A DNA stretch of 63,498 nucleotides, filler included, from Octopus bimaculoides (Eukaryota): assembly GCF_001194135.2 (NCBI RefSeq). It is 4 parts of 4 records of this genome, joined end to end, with 100 filler letters (N's around TTAATTAATTAA, not from the genome) between each part and the next. Parts side by side here need not be neighbours in the genome. Positions count along the whole stretch, not along the records: positions 38,492 to 63,498 come from NC_068990.1; 3 more parts are not named here. The stretch is one strand, 5' to 3'. This document shows positions 39,976-52,989 of the stretch, piece by piece. The position numbers were made by a program, and so were the translations under genes. The notes beneath the pieces were generated by a model. It was not told the DNA's origin and ran no database searches. It saw nothing but the letters and a program-made list of their open reading frames with translations. Position 1 is the first letter of the stretch, and each line of letters opens with the position of its first letter.

Positions 39976-40699
39976 CTACAACAAATACATTCATGAAACA
40001 ATAAGATATTTTAAACTGTTTAAATAATCATATTTTATATATTCATTTATCTATCTGTCTATTAATACAATATTATTTTGGACGTATATCTTCTGTAATG
40101 ATTTTTGATGTAATTTTTCCTGCTCTTACTTTATAATATGGAAATGGAGAATTATAATGTGGCAAACGTTTCACAGCTTAACCAGAACACGAGAGTAGTT
40201 TCTTTGAAACTGAAAGGAGAAATCAAGAGCAAGCAGTGTTTGCCATTGTGTTGAAATTCCGGTTTAAATGAGAGTGAGCTGTTTCTGCACGGCTCTTCGT
40301 GTCGATAAACCAAGGACCTGGTGACGACCAGCGTGATCAAATCTCATTCAGAAATGTGTTGAGAAGAAACTTACTTGAAATGTTGTCGGTGATAGTATAT
40401 GTCTATAATGCTTCAGATGTGTATTGCTACCCTTAAAGCTGTGCCCTTCTGCAGCGAAATTTGATAAAGCCAGAAAGTATGCACGTCCACTTCATAGGAA
40501 AAGGAATGGGTATTTGGTGAGACGATTAACCTCAGCCAATACCCACTAGTACTGTTTCTAGATGCTATAACTTATGATACACCGAATGTTTATCTATAAA
40601 ATCAGGCTAGAAGAAATGATAAAGCAACAGACAAAAGCTATGCCGTGTTTATTTAAGCCCCCTTACGTTCAGACGTAACCGTAACACAAATCTGTCAAG

Positions 40700-41242
40700 G
40701 AAAAACAATGTGTGATAGCTTCCAGTATATCAACACCTCTCACCTTGCTAAGTAAAGTCACGCACTGTCTTCTCTCAATAATTCAGACATCATACTCGAG
40801 TCAAGTGATTGACGATGATATGATTGTGTATTGTAAGTATATTTTAAGAGATAAGCGACAAAGGAAATCATTCGAGACTCAGTACAAAAGACATCAATTC
40901 AAATAAAGTAGAGAGGTTATATTCAATGAGGGAGATGAATGAAATAACAAAGCAATGAAAAACTCAAAAGAAAGCTGATTTAATAAAAAAACATGTCGAA
41001 GCCTTGTCAGATATTTGACAGGTTTTAAGATTCCCCAAATATACTGTATATCTCCAGATACTTATTTTGATTTAATTCCTTTTCCTGCAGTTTTTCCTAT
41101 ATTTCTATCACACACAAACGCGCGCGCGCGTATATAATACCGATTTATAGATATATATATATTATTTATAAATTTTGTGTGTGTACAAATATATATATGC
41201 ACACACACATACATACAAACACAAATATACATGTATAATATG

Positions 41243-41316
<74 letters not shown>

Positions 41317-42620
41317 GTATATAGACATATATGTATTTATATGCTCACACCCATACATATGTCTACACACATATATACATAGGTGTTGATAAAAGTGATA
41401 AGATTTACCTCAGAGAAATTAAAGAGAAAATTAGAAACGCATACAAGATACGAGTCAGGCTGATATTATATGCTGATCAGAATGACAGAAATGAGATAAT
41501 AGGCATAAATATACTAGCTATCTCAGTTATAAACTATTGTTCAAACGTAATATACTACAAGTAAAGTGAATAGCAGAGACGCTCCAAAATAACAGAAGTG
41601 CTCAAAACGAATATATTAACCAAGTTACAAAGCCAACATACTGAAATTGATAAAGATACAGTATACCCACCGTGTCTGGTACAAATAAATAAGCACTGTA
41701 AATAACCACTATTCGATTAGAAATATATTTAGAAGGAAGCCATGAAAAGTGATAATTGTAAATAATGACGCATGAGCAAAAATTCTTTCCGTCTTTGCAT
41801 GAAAACATAAAGTACAAGCCGGAAGGCATCTACATAGAAGAAAACGATTAAGATAACAAGAAAGTATAGATACGGTTGGAAACAAAAGAAATATCAAAGC
41901 AGAATCCGAAAACGTCGTAAAGAAAAATGGAAAGAAAAACTGTTCGATGGTTAATATCCCACAAGACTTGTCAAAGAGACTATAAGCCAGGGAAATAGCC
42001 AACAAAAGTTCAAGAGTAAATAGAGATTTTAACCGCACTGTTTCAATGCTCAGTCACAAATGATTCCAAAAGCAAAGTAAAGAACAACATGCCAACATCA
42101 CCTGCAAGTTAAGTAAATATGACAAACACGCCTAAATAAAACTGCGAGAGGATATGGAATGAAAATAAGTGTTAAGAAAAATAGTGTGGAAAAAAGCTGG
42201 TGGTGTTTGAGAAGTGGATACCCGAACTAAAAAACTGAATCACTAATTATAGCATGTCATGAACAAGATACAAAGAATTTGATAAAAATACAAGTAACAT
42301 ATTTCCAACAGTTGGTAAAAGAGTATCTTGGGATGTTAGCCACATTAGCGTAAAGCTGGTATGAACCTCAGCTAGAGACTCACAAAGAAAATGTCCAAGT
42401 CAACAAATCACCATCCCCCAGGCCATACTTGATAAAGAATGTAAGGTAACCTTCTCCAGAAGCAGAGAGCGCTGAAAACAAAACCTTACCTGGTATTACT
42501 AGCTTCCTTCGAATAAAAACAAGCTTAAAAGAACTGAGACTCAATGAACACTACATTGGAGTTTTACGTTCTCATTACACACAAATGTTATATCCAATAC
42601 ACATGAATACTATAAAAGAG
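40700..42620 (+). mobile_element. R4/Dong-clade non-LTR retrotransposon relic 1 (late RT to C-terminus)
   Basis: IDDDMIVYCK (YMDD-like, about 40810); EIKEKIRNAYKIRVRLILYADQNDRNEIIGINILAISVINY (41410-41540); EKWKEKLFDG*YP; SWWCLRSG..KTESLIIACHEQ; WYEP. Many stops. Confidence 0.7.
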
Positions 42621-42649
42621 ACAAAGGAGCTTTAGAGATAAGCAGAAAC

Positions 42650-44600
42650 GAGGTAAGAAAAATATGTACTTAAACTCATTAGAGACGTAGTAAGAAAAAT
42701 AAGAATCCAGGGAGGATATGGAGATTCATAATATAATCAATAAAAAAGAAACCCAGAAAAGAAAATATTAATAATGAAAGAAAAACTGGATCACAGGCAA
42801 CAAAGATGAGCTGCCATAAATCACAGAAAACATCACAACAGAAACCAACCATCACATATAAATCCCATAAAATTCTAAAAACGAGGCAAACAACCCATGG
42901 ATACAACAGCACGTACAATAAAGAAGCATCCAAAGTATTGGAAAAACACAACAAAATCCATCTCAAGTCAAACAAATAAAATATTTACAACAAAGCATCA
43001 ACAGAAAACAAAACTAAAAAAGAAACACACAGACAAAAGGATAAAAAACAAAACTTGAAATGATGATGAACATCAAAAAAATTCTCATGGAAGTGTTCAA
43101 CCAAATACACAACCATAACAAAAATATACTCTCAGAAGGCTACAATCACATATAACAACAGTGCAGTCATTTAACATTGCGAAAATCCTAACTTAAGTAA
43201 TCAACAAAAAAAAAAAAAATATTTGAACAGTTTTGAACATGGATCACCGGAATGTATCATTGCTCAATATGTATAAACTAAGAACCAGTGTGACAGAAAT
43301 CTATGGAAACAAAGTAATTGAGTATCATTAGATTAAATGATTTTATCTATTCAATAGTAGAAGATATCGAGAAAAAAGGATCTAATCATTGTAGGCTCAG
43401 CCTTTCCCTCTTCAAACGTAAAAATAAAATCAAATGAAGATATACGACTTAAGATTAACAACAACATGTACATGCGTTCCTTTAATTCGAGGGAAACATC
43501 ACTGGAAAATACATAAACAACAGCAGAAAACTAAGAATGTTGGCGCAGAACATAGAATATTTAGTACAGTAAAAAAAAATAGAGAAGAAAAAAGAACGTG
43601 CAATAGCAACAAAAATGTGGTTCACCAGTCAGCAAAATGTTAGAAACACTTTATCAAAACTGTATATTTGGCCACGATCAGAGAGAGTCAACTGAAACTC
43701 ATGAATCTGTAGCAACACCATCCAATCAAATAATAAAGAGAGCAGAGATAACCCTTCAATATCAGCTGGTAAGGAAAACATTAACTCCTCCAAGAACCCG
43801 AGGAGTATAAATAAACCTGAGAATGACAGGGATGAAAAACATTTGATAAGGCATCATAAGCTTGAAGGTTATATTCTTTTCTACTCTAGGTACAAAGCTC
43901 GAAAATTTTGGGGAGGGGGCCAGTCGATTAGATCGACCCCAGTACGCAACTGGTACTTAATTTATCGACTCCGAAAGGATGAATGTCAAAGTCGACCTCG
44001 GCGGAATTTGAACTCAGAACGTAGAGACAGACGAAATAACGCTAAGAATTTCATCCAGCGTGCTAAAGTTTCTGCCACCTCACTGCCTTCTTGGAGGTTA
44101 TATTAACTCAAGTATTAACAATGCTACATAAAAACAACCATATTACTACAAAAGGAGGATTTAAAACTATCCTCATACACAAAAGTCTGTAAGCATTTAC
44201 TTTAGGTAAGCTGTCTTAGGATATTTTTGGTCATTTTACTAGACGACGAAGCCCCCCCCCCCACAAGTTCATGGAGATTACCTTTACTACTTTACTCGTT
44301 TGAGCTGAGTAGAAAATATAATTAACCAAAACAGACCTCTCTCAGAGATTCCATATCTACTGTTTTCCATAACTCTTAGCCGCATTAACAAATATAATGG
44401 TGTGATCAAATGAAACCATACCTTCGAAATGAACGATACAAAAGTATTTACAAGAGAATATCTAGTTGGAAAACCTACTAAAAGTGGTTCATAGAATCAA
44501 CTAGGATATAAAACTGTACAGTGGTATAGTCAAATGTGACAAAGCTACTATTAGTTGGGTGAGTTAAATAAAATTAGGTTCATTAAATTAGAAGATAAAG
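42650..44600 (+). mobile_element. R4/Dong-clade relic 2 (pre-RT through RT), interrupted by a SINE B
   Basis: SLLNMYKLRTSV (about 43260), RDSIS (GDSLS-like, about 44345), FEMNDTKVF, LENLLKVVHRIN*DIKLYSGIVKCDK (about 44470-44545). Confidence 0.55.
43876..44089 (-). mobile_element. SINE family B, full length, 15-bp TSD with one mismatch
   Basis: cttgaaggttatatt 43861-43875 versus cttggaggttatatt 44090-44104. Confidence 0.92.
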
Positions 44601-45091
44601 ACTGTAGTTTATAAACGGAATGGCTTTTCATCCCAAATTGCGTTTAGTAGTTTGGAATTTTAGTCTTTTAGTTAGAGAGGACGGGAAGGTTGAAAGACAA
44701 AGTTTTACAAGGTGAAATGGTGTGAAGATAGGCCGGAAGACATTAATGCAGAAGGGGAATAAATGAAGAGAGAACAAAGAAGGGAAGTTAGAGAAAGAGA
44801 GGAAAATGACGGAAGGCACGAGAACGATAGTAACAACAGTGTGTGGATATGTGTGGGAGAGAAAATCTTTTTATATACAATTATACACTAAGACACGCTT
44901 ATACACACAACGACGTGGTGGCACGTGCTCCACACATACACACACAACTGCACATATATATTACATCATATATTACATCATATATATTACATCATAGATA
45001 ATCATGGAGCAACAATAACATTTGAAATATTTCACTTTGAGATTTAGTGTTTCCGAGAAAATCTAAGACAGACACAGACTACCACACGCAT

Positions 45092-45132
<41 letters not shown>

Positions 45133-45394
45133 NNNNNNNNNNACACACACACACACCCACACACACACGCATACACATTCACACATGCAGGCACGCACAC
45201 ACGAACACAGAATAATATGCACACATATATTAAGGCACACATATACTCACAGGTATACATATTTATTCAAGGTCAGACACGCATATGAAACATTAAAATC
45301 TCAAAAGTAAACGGAAATATCACATGACAGAAAAATTGACCTTTCTTAATATATATTTTCTTCTGCAATGAAAAAAACTATATAAATATACATA

Positions 45395-45560
45395 GGAGTG
45401 GCTGTGGTAAGTATTTTGCTTACCAATCACATGGTTCCGGGTTCAGTCCCACTACGTGGCACCTTCGGCAAGTGTCTTCTACTATAGCCTCGGGCCGACT
45501 AAAGTCTTGTGAGTGGATTTGATAGACGGAAACTGAAAGAAACTCATCGTATATATGTAT
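45395..45560 (+). mobile_element. SINE family A 5' half ending in its internal microsatellite
   Basis: aggagtggctgtggtaagt..ggttcagtcccactacgtggcaccttcggcaagtgtctt..gacggaaactgaaagaa. Confidence 0.88.
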
Positions 45561-46299
45561 ATATGTGTATGTGCATGTATGTGTTTGTATACCTTACAAA
45601 TGGTGATTACGCATGAATTTTGTCAAGAAATATCAGTGAACGTTAACCGGTGAAAAGTGTCCATTGAAAAGAAACAGAAGTTGATCCAATCTAATGAGAG
45701 AAAACTGACTGCAAACTTCGTTCCGGTTTCTCTTTACTTCCGGCCAAACTTGAATTTCTTGTGCCGAGAAATCGATATTGTGAACATTTTGCGCTTCCAG
45801 GTTTGTTTTAGTTATTTGATTTGTTTCTGTTTTGGTAGTTATGGCGGAGAACGGTTGGTTTGTGTTCTCATGACCTACTTTTTTTAGCAGGACAAGGGTC
45901 TTGAACGATTTCTTTTCACTCCTTAGAAAGACTAGAGCTTGCTTTGGCTTACCCTGCTTGGTCATATGGCGGCCATTCGACTAATCGGATCGTTGAAGAA
46001 GTGTAAGGAGAATCAGGGAAAAGGATGGTTGATGCATATGCATATCATTTGTGTTAGGTTGCTTCTTCTGGAGAAGACAACCACTCTTCTGCTGATAAAT
46101 CCGTCGATATTCCTCTTCAGCGTTTCGACTTTGATTTGAGCGTCTGTTGTTTTTGATGTTCTTGCTACTGCTGTTGTTATGTCTACTGCTGTGACGGTTG
46201 CTGTTAGCTCGATGATTTCACCGCTGGTTATGACGTTTTAATTGCGGTGTTTCTGCTGTCTTGGATCCATTTTTGGGGAAGGAGACGCCCAAATTGACC

Positions 46300-46760
46300 T
46301 ACACGACATGTAGTATTTGGACAGTCTATTCTACAGAATAACGAGAAGCTGGATTCCAGTTACGAGTCTATCTATTCAAATATTTTGTAAAGGTGATGTA
46401 CAATGTATTGAAGAGATTTGCCTTTGGGAAAGAGCATTTTGAAGTCAAAATCTGTATCGTATTTTGCAAGCAATGGATTATTGTCTGGAAGTGTAAGAGT
46501 GAAAAGGCTCTCAGTTGGCTGATGATATTATGTGCTAACGTTTTATCTGAAAGATGAATGTATGCATCCTCTTATTGATCCTAAGCTTTGTTCATTCCAA
46601 CAATGATATTAACTCTCAATGTAATATTTATAATCAAAACAACCGAGTCACTGTGAGGTCAATGCTTGATTTATGATGTTAGGGACAGTTCCGACTTTAA
46701 TGCCTGTTGGAATACGATTGACTCGGAGTCCAATACCAGTAACAAGACTCATTAAGTCGG
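46300..46760 (-). mobile_element. Possible Helitron/PIF1 helicase C-terminal relic
   Basis: Minus-frame pieces IPTGIKVGTVPNIINQ, VNIIVGMNK and PKGKSLQYI fall in the order of the LKVG..RN, I.G..KG and SQGQSL motifs. Weak. Confidence 0.3.
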
Positions 46761-47401
46761 GCCGTCTAGTGGCAATTAATTAACTTTAGTAGTTGCGAAT
46801 TATTGTGCAAGCATTGGTTTATGACTTTCTAAATTACGTACTATTTGAAACTGTAGTATGTGGTCTGTTCATTAGCCGTAAATATATCTTTACATTCGAG
46901 ACCAGTATGACAGTTTGTTCATCTTGAATATCATTCGAAGGTGATTGGTACCAATTCTAAACAATTGACAATATACGACTGAGTGTTATATCTAAATACA
47001 TTTTGGCATCCAATCCTTATTTGAAAGTCAATTCACGGGTAGATTAATCTTAGTGGAATCTTTGAAAGATGTTGCATATTCAGAGTTGTGCCAAAATAAA
47101 GGCGTTCATTTTATATCATCAGTAGCATGTGATACAAGAGAAACAGTCGATAATTTATCATGGTCGAATATGAACTGACCAATCCACTAATCTCTAAAAG
47201 ATGCACTGCAAGCACTTACAGTAGTAAGCAACGGCAAGATCACTGGAATTGAGGATTATTTTGTTTCATAAATATCCTGTGTTTAGTACCTCTGTCTAAC
47301 TGTTGTACAATAGAGATTTACATACGAAAATATATATCACTTAATGGCTTTATAAATGCTTGGGGCTCTCGAAAATACACTTTTTAATATTTAAAAATAC
47401 A

Positions 47402-47603
47402 AAGATGGCGAGCTGGCAAAATCAGTAGCACGCCTGGCATTTCGTACGGTTTTATGTTCTGAATCCAAGTTCCACCGAGATCGATTTGTCTTTCATCGCA
47501 TCGGGGGCGATAAAACAAATACCACTTGAGCAGTAACGTCGATAAAATCGACTTCGCATCTCCACCGAAATTACCGGCCTTGTGTCAAAATTTGAAACCA
47601 ATA
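47402..47603 (+). mobile_element. SINE family B, diverged
   Basis: ggcgagctggcaaaatcagtagcacgcc..tctttcatc..ggccttgtg. Confidence 0.7.
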
Positions 47604-47995
47604 TTTAGAAATATACTAGAAGAGCATGCGAAGGATTGAACTAAAAGCATAACTAGTTGTATACTAATATTATAAATCCTCAACGATTTCCTCTTAACTC
47701 TGTGTTAGTACTGTGTCTGCAAGCATACATTTCGTTGTCAGTCTTTGTGTTAGCTATATTTTTATGGAAGAATTGCAGTTATACCTTAGTTTTATTATGG
47801 AAATCATTTCGTATTAACTGCCTAGTTTATGATCGAAGCAAGAAATAAACAATTCATAAATTTATGATGTACACAGTGACAGAGTCATAAACATATAAAC
47901 GCATACAACAATATTCCAGCCTTCAGAGTAAGCTGAGGAAAACAACACCGTCTTCACACACACGCACATCTATGCATGCGTATGTACTTACTTTC

Positions 47996-48026
<31 letters not shown>

Positions 48027-48055
48027 CCCACACAAATTTCTCTCTCTCTCTCTCT

Positions 48056-48097
<42 letters not shown>

Positions 48098-48139
48098 GGG
48101 GAATGTATGTATTTATGAATTTATGAATAAGAAGAGATT

Positions 48140-48720
48140 GCAGGGTTTTATATACATGTTCTGGGAACCTCGTGATTGTGATGCAAATACTGGTGTAGTG
48201 ATACTACCTTTAGGTCTTACAGTGTTGTTCTGCGTCAACAACACCCACGTTGTGAAATCGATAAAAAAGTGTACAATAACCTGACCTTGCAATGAGGAGT
48301 TCAATATCCAACGTTTCGGACACACTCCTTCTTCAGGGGAAGAGTTGAAAAAAAGGTGAGAACCATTCCTAGACAAGGCTTGCAGTCATGCAAATTTTCT
48401 TATTTGTATATTAAGTCACAGATGGATTAAAATTAGTGCGCTTGAAAGTTCTTTGATTTTCGGAGTCAGAAACAAAGAGAGGCTCTAACTTCGTATCATT
48501 AGCAGCATTTCCTCTCACAAGAAACGCCAGACGATTTTTAAAAGCTTTAAAACCCGATGTTTATTTTCCTTAACTGAAACCCCTGCCCCAGCAAGCGTGT
48601 AACTCTAGGAAAGCTCCGCTTCGTCTACATTGTAAACTCGTTTTGTTTTATATCCTCCTTGAGTCATACATATCTTCATATACTCAAGATAATTATTAAC
48701 GGGTGCTGTTTCAGAACTGG
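48140..48720 (-). mobile_element. Tigger/pogo (DDE_1) transposase relic
   Basis: GGYKTKRVYNVDEAEL, then after a frameshift GFKAFKNRLAFLVRGNAANDTKLEPLFVSDSENQRTFK..NKKICMTASLV*EWF, matching FN.DETGL / GFK..KDRLT..GNAAGD.KLKP..SENPRA / NKKAWMT. Confidence 0.8.
48305..48340 (-). ncRNA. Second hammerhead variant (different stem II) within the Tigger relic
   Basis: Reverse complement CC-CUGAAGA-A-GGA(gugug)UCC-GAA-ACGU-U-GG; stem I only 2 bp. Confidence 0.55.
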
Positions 48721-49392
48721 TAGTTTCTGTATATCATGCCGATTTGATTCGAGGATCTTGTAATATATTTGAATGTTCTCAATTGAAGCCTTTCCTGTCA
48801 CTCATATTGCTCTGAGAAACACATAAATATCACTCACTCACATCTACTCTAGCTTGTAAATATTGGTGGGAATGTTATTTCAAAATTTCATTAGGCATAA
48901 AGGTCTATATTTTACAGAAGAGAAGAAATAGATGTAGTGGCATTCCTACTTTCTCTTAGGACATTAGTGCGGCAATTAAATTGCAATAGTTTTTACTAGC
49001 AACTTACATCGATTTGCTATCTCGTCTTTCCAGAAAGTTACCTATTCGATTGGATGTATTTAGATGGACTGTGTCTAAACAAGACGGGATGATTATGGCT
49101 GGGACGTTTCGATTACAGGTTTGTTCAACAAGAGCTAACAGAGCTAAATCTATCCAGTATGCCGAGTCACAGTAATGAACGCTTTTAAGAAGTATATTGC
49201 ACTTGGACCATTAAACAAATTTGCCTCTTATTATACACTCATTCTTATATGTTTGTAGATACGGTTAATGTTTTTTTTTATATGAGAAATAAAGTAAGAA
49301 CATGATTCGCAGCAAGATTTGCAGCTTTTAAGAAACAATAAAACAAAATGGTATGTTTGAATATAAATTAACTTTTCGAAAAAGTTAAACTG

Positions 49393-49466
<74 letters not shown>

Positions 49467-50381
49467 ANNNNNNNNNNNNNNNNNNNNNNNNNNNNNNNNN
49501 NNNNNNNNNNNNNNNNNNNNNNNNNNNNNNNNNNNNNNNNNNNNNNNNNNNNNNNNNNNNNNNNNNNNNNNNNNNNNNNNNNNNNNNNNNNNNNNNNNNN
49601 NNNNNNNNNNNNNNNNNNNNNNNNNNNNNNNNNNNNNNNNNNNNNNNNNNNNNNNNNNNNNNNNNNNNNNNNNNNNNNNNNNNNNNNNNNNNNNNNNNNN
49701 NNNNNNNNNNNNNNNNNNNNNNNNNNNNNNNNNNNNNNNNNNNNNNNNNNNNNNNNNNNNNNNNNNNNNNNNNNNNNNNNNNNNNNNNNNNNNNNNNNNN
49801 NNNNNNNNNNNNNNNNNNNNNNNNNNNNNNNNNNNNNNNNNNNNNNNNNNNNNNNNNNNNNNNNNNNNNNNNNNNNNNNNNNNNNNNNNNNNNNNNNNNN
49901 NNNNNNNNNNNNNNNNNNNNNNNNNNNNNNNNNNNNNNNNNNNNNNNNNNNNNNNNNNNNNNNNNNNNNNNNNNNNNNNNNNNNNNNNNNNNNNNNNNNN
50001 NNNNNNNNNNNNNNNNNNNNNNNNNNNNNNNNNNNNNNNNNNNNNNNNNNNNNNNNNNNNNNNNNNNNNNNNNNNNNNNNNNNNNNNNNNNNNNNNNNNN
50101 NNNNNNNNNNNNNNNNNNNNNNNNNNNNNNNNNNNNNNNNNNNNNNNNNNNNNNNNNNNNNNNNNNNNNNNNNNNNNNNNNNNNNNNNNNNNNNNNNNNN
50201 NNNNNNNNNNNNNNNNNNNNNNNNNNNNNNNNNNNNNNNNNNNNNNNNNNNNNNNNNNNNNNNNNNNNNNNNNNNNNNNNNNNNNNNNNNNNNNNNNNNN
50301 NNNNNNNNNNNNNNNNNNNNNNNNNNNNNNNNNNNNNNNNNNNNNNNNNNNNNNNNNNNNNNNNNNNNNNNNNNNNNNNNN

Positions 50382-50417
<36 letters not shown>

Positions 50418-50853
50418 ACACACACACATATATGTAATTTTTTTAAAATTGCTAAGATTCAAAGACAGAAGCAGCTGGCTGCATTATTTGTTTGTATGAA
50501 TTCATTTGACACAACTAGTTTCGAAATTTCAATTACAAGTTACTTGCAATTTAATTTAGTATGGTTAAAAAAATAGTTTTCATTTTTACAAAACTCCATA
50601 ACATTTTCAGTGTTTTGATTTAACTACAAATCCTGTATTAGCTATCATTACTATTTTATCTGTATCATCCAGTATTACCCACCCCACAATGATAGATGTA
50701 TCATTTCGTTTATTATGTTTGCTTCATTAGTTGTTTGAGACTCCACCTTAATAACTCAGACTTTAGAAAGTGTAAGTGTTAAGAAAAATTAATGTTTTAA
50801 GAATATAGTTTATTTTGCGATTTATTTTTGCAATTTATTATCAAAGCATTTAC

Positions 50854-51072
50854 AAGGGTAGCGAGCTGACAGAATCGTTCGTACATCTGAGAAAATGCTT
50901 AGCAGCGTTCTGTCCGACTATGTATTCTGTGTTCAGATGCCGCCGAGATCGACTTTGTCTTTCCTCCTTTTGGGGTCGATACAATAAACACCAGTTTAAT
51001 ACTGGTTCGATGTAATCAATTAGTCCCCTCCCCTAAAATTGCAAGCCTTGTACCTGAAGTAGAAATGATTAT
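50854..51072 (+). mobile_element. SINE family B, diverged full length
   Basis: gcgagctgacagaatcgtt..gccgagatcgactttgtctttc..ggggtcgat..gccttgtacctgaagtagaaa. Confidence 0.8.
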
Positions 51073-51329
51073 CAAGACATTTATCAAGACTCCGAGCGAA
51101 CTGCTGTAAATACTAGAAGTGATCAATTACATAAACAAATGCAATGCAGTTCCTGTTGTAATTACATAACGACATAATTTCTTTCAGATATTTGGTGTAA
51201 TGTGTGGTAGTAAAAATTGCATTGAATTATCAAGTACATTTTTTTCTGTTCTGTTACTTGTTTTAGAGATTTGACTGTGGATTTGACCGTTGCAGAAATT
51301 TAGGTGAAAATATGAATTACAACACTTAA

Positions 51330-51560
51330 AGAAATTCACCCACACATGCAAACTTCGATACTTTCTCAGCATCAGAATGCCTATATGATCATTATCCGAA
51401 TCGCGTAGGATGCTCCCTGCATCATGCAGATGTAAAGCATTTGAAATTGTAGATGGTGTTCTTGCAGCCTTTGAAGAAGCATTTCTAACTTCACAGTATG
51501 TTCTTCCACCTATTTTCCAAATATCAAATATGGATTCTGTAAACAGTACTTCTGCACAGA
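51330..51560 (-). mobile_element. Possible hAT transposase C-terminal dimerisation-domain relic
   Basis: IFDIWKIGGRTYCEVRNASSKAARTPSTISNALHLHDAGSIL aligns loosely to D..WWK....YP.L...ARK....PATS..SER.FS.AG.I. Confidence 0.4.
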
Positions 51561-51633
51561 GAGAGAGAGAGAGAGTGAGAGAATAAAAGAGCGAGAGAGA
51601 GAAAGGGAGAGAGGGGAATAAAGAGCAAGAAAG

Positions 51634-51696
<63 letters not shown>

Positions 51697-52074
51697 CTGC
51701 AACTGATGCCTACTTTACATCCATCTTTACAAAACGAAGAAGCTAAATCTCAAAACCTATCCCTTTCCACTCCGCTAGGATGGCCACCACACGCACACAC
51801 GCACATACACATATAAACACGCACACGCGCACATACACAAGCACACACACATAAACAACTGTCTCTGTTTCAAATCAACACGACCACTTGATGTATTTTT
51901 TTGTATACCCAAATAACGCGCTCACATGTCTCTTCGACCCTTTCCAAACTCTTCAATTTCTATTTCTCCACACTGATAAATCTTGATTTTTAAAACAAAT
52001 TGCATTATGACACAATCCCTAATTCCCTTATTCCTAGACTCTCCCTTATTCCTAGATTCTCCAGCATCAGAAAG

Positions 52075-52750
52075 ATAACTACTAACTGACCATCAATACT
52101 GGTTTTATAATTACAGATGAACTGGAGTTTTATTTTCCTATATCAGTCTACCAGTAAGATAAAATTGACCAATGCGTTGATGGAGTTCCCGTTGATTTAC
52201 ATTCTGTCAACTCCAGTATGCCTAAAAGTTCAGTTGTTTTGTTCGCACTCTTCTTCCAATACATAAATGACCCGGCTGCCATTCTTTTAAAAACTTCCTT
52301 TCGTACGTAGATTATGCCTTCATTCATTTCTTCCTAACTTTTCACATCCAAGCCGTATTCACATGGAACTTAGATCCCTCACGCCATACCTGACAAACTC
52401 CATCAACAGATAGTCCGGAAACATTTTCCAGCTGGGCCATACTAATGGTATTTCTTTCACCGGCACAGAGACATAATCCCTACATGTATAGTTAAAAGAT
52501 TATCAACTCATCCTTAAACATGACCAGCTCGCAACTAAAAAAACCGTCTCTCTTTAAATGTTTGACCTGATCATTTGTGGGAAATGCAACTGGAAAACCG
52601 ACATAGAAACTTCGTGACAAAGAGTTGTTGCTTTGCATTATCCAACAACAACTAGTAACTCTTTATATATGTCTGATGGCGCATTCAATGAAGTATTTTT
52701 TTCCTATGCTGAACGATGCTTCAGTACGCAATCAAATTAAAATTAGGTTG
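52075..52750 (+). mobile_element. CR1/L2/Jockey-group LINE RT relic
   Basis: LLTDHQY; VDGVPVDLHSVNSSMPKSSVVLFALFFQYIND (GVPQGSVLGPLLF..YIND-like); SYVDY; NWKTDI; LVTLYICLMAHSMKY. Confidence 0.65.
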
Positions 52751-52876
52751 TCTAACTCGGTGGAAATATATGAGAGAGGATATTTTTTTTTTAAAAAAGC
52801 AATTGTTATGGGGTTTTCACACCGACGTTTACATATTTCACTGACGCACACTTACACGATCAAACAAACATTGAAG

Positions 52877-52913
<37 letters not shown>

Positions 52914-52923
52914 NNNNNNNNNN

Positions 52924-52976
<53 letters not shown>

Positions 52977-52989
52977 ACACATAGACTGT

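Noticed and set aside
45600-46270. Minus-strand ORF-like region (45633-45965 and upstream) and a GAAAC..CTGAAGA motif at about 46110-46130
   Set aside because: It could be the N-terminus of a retroelement ORF, but I recognise no motif. The hammerhead-like words have no room for stems I and III.
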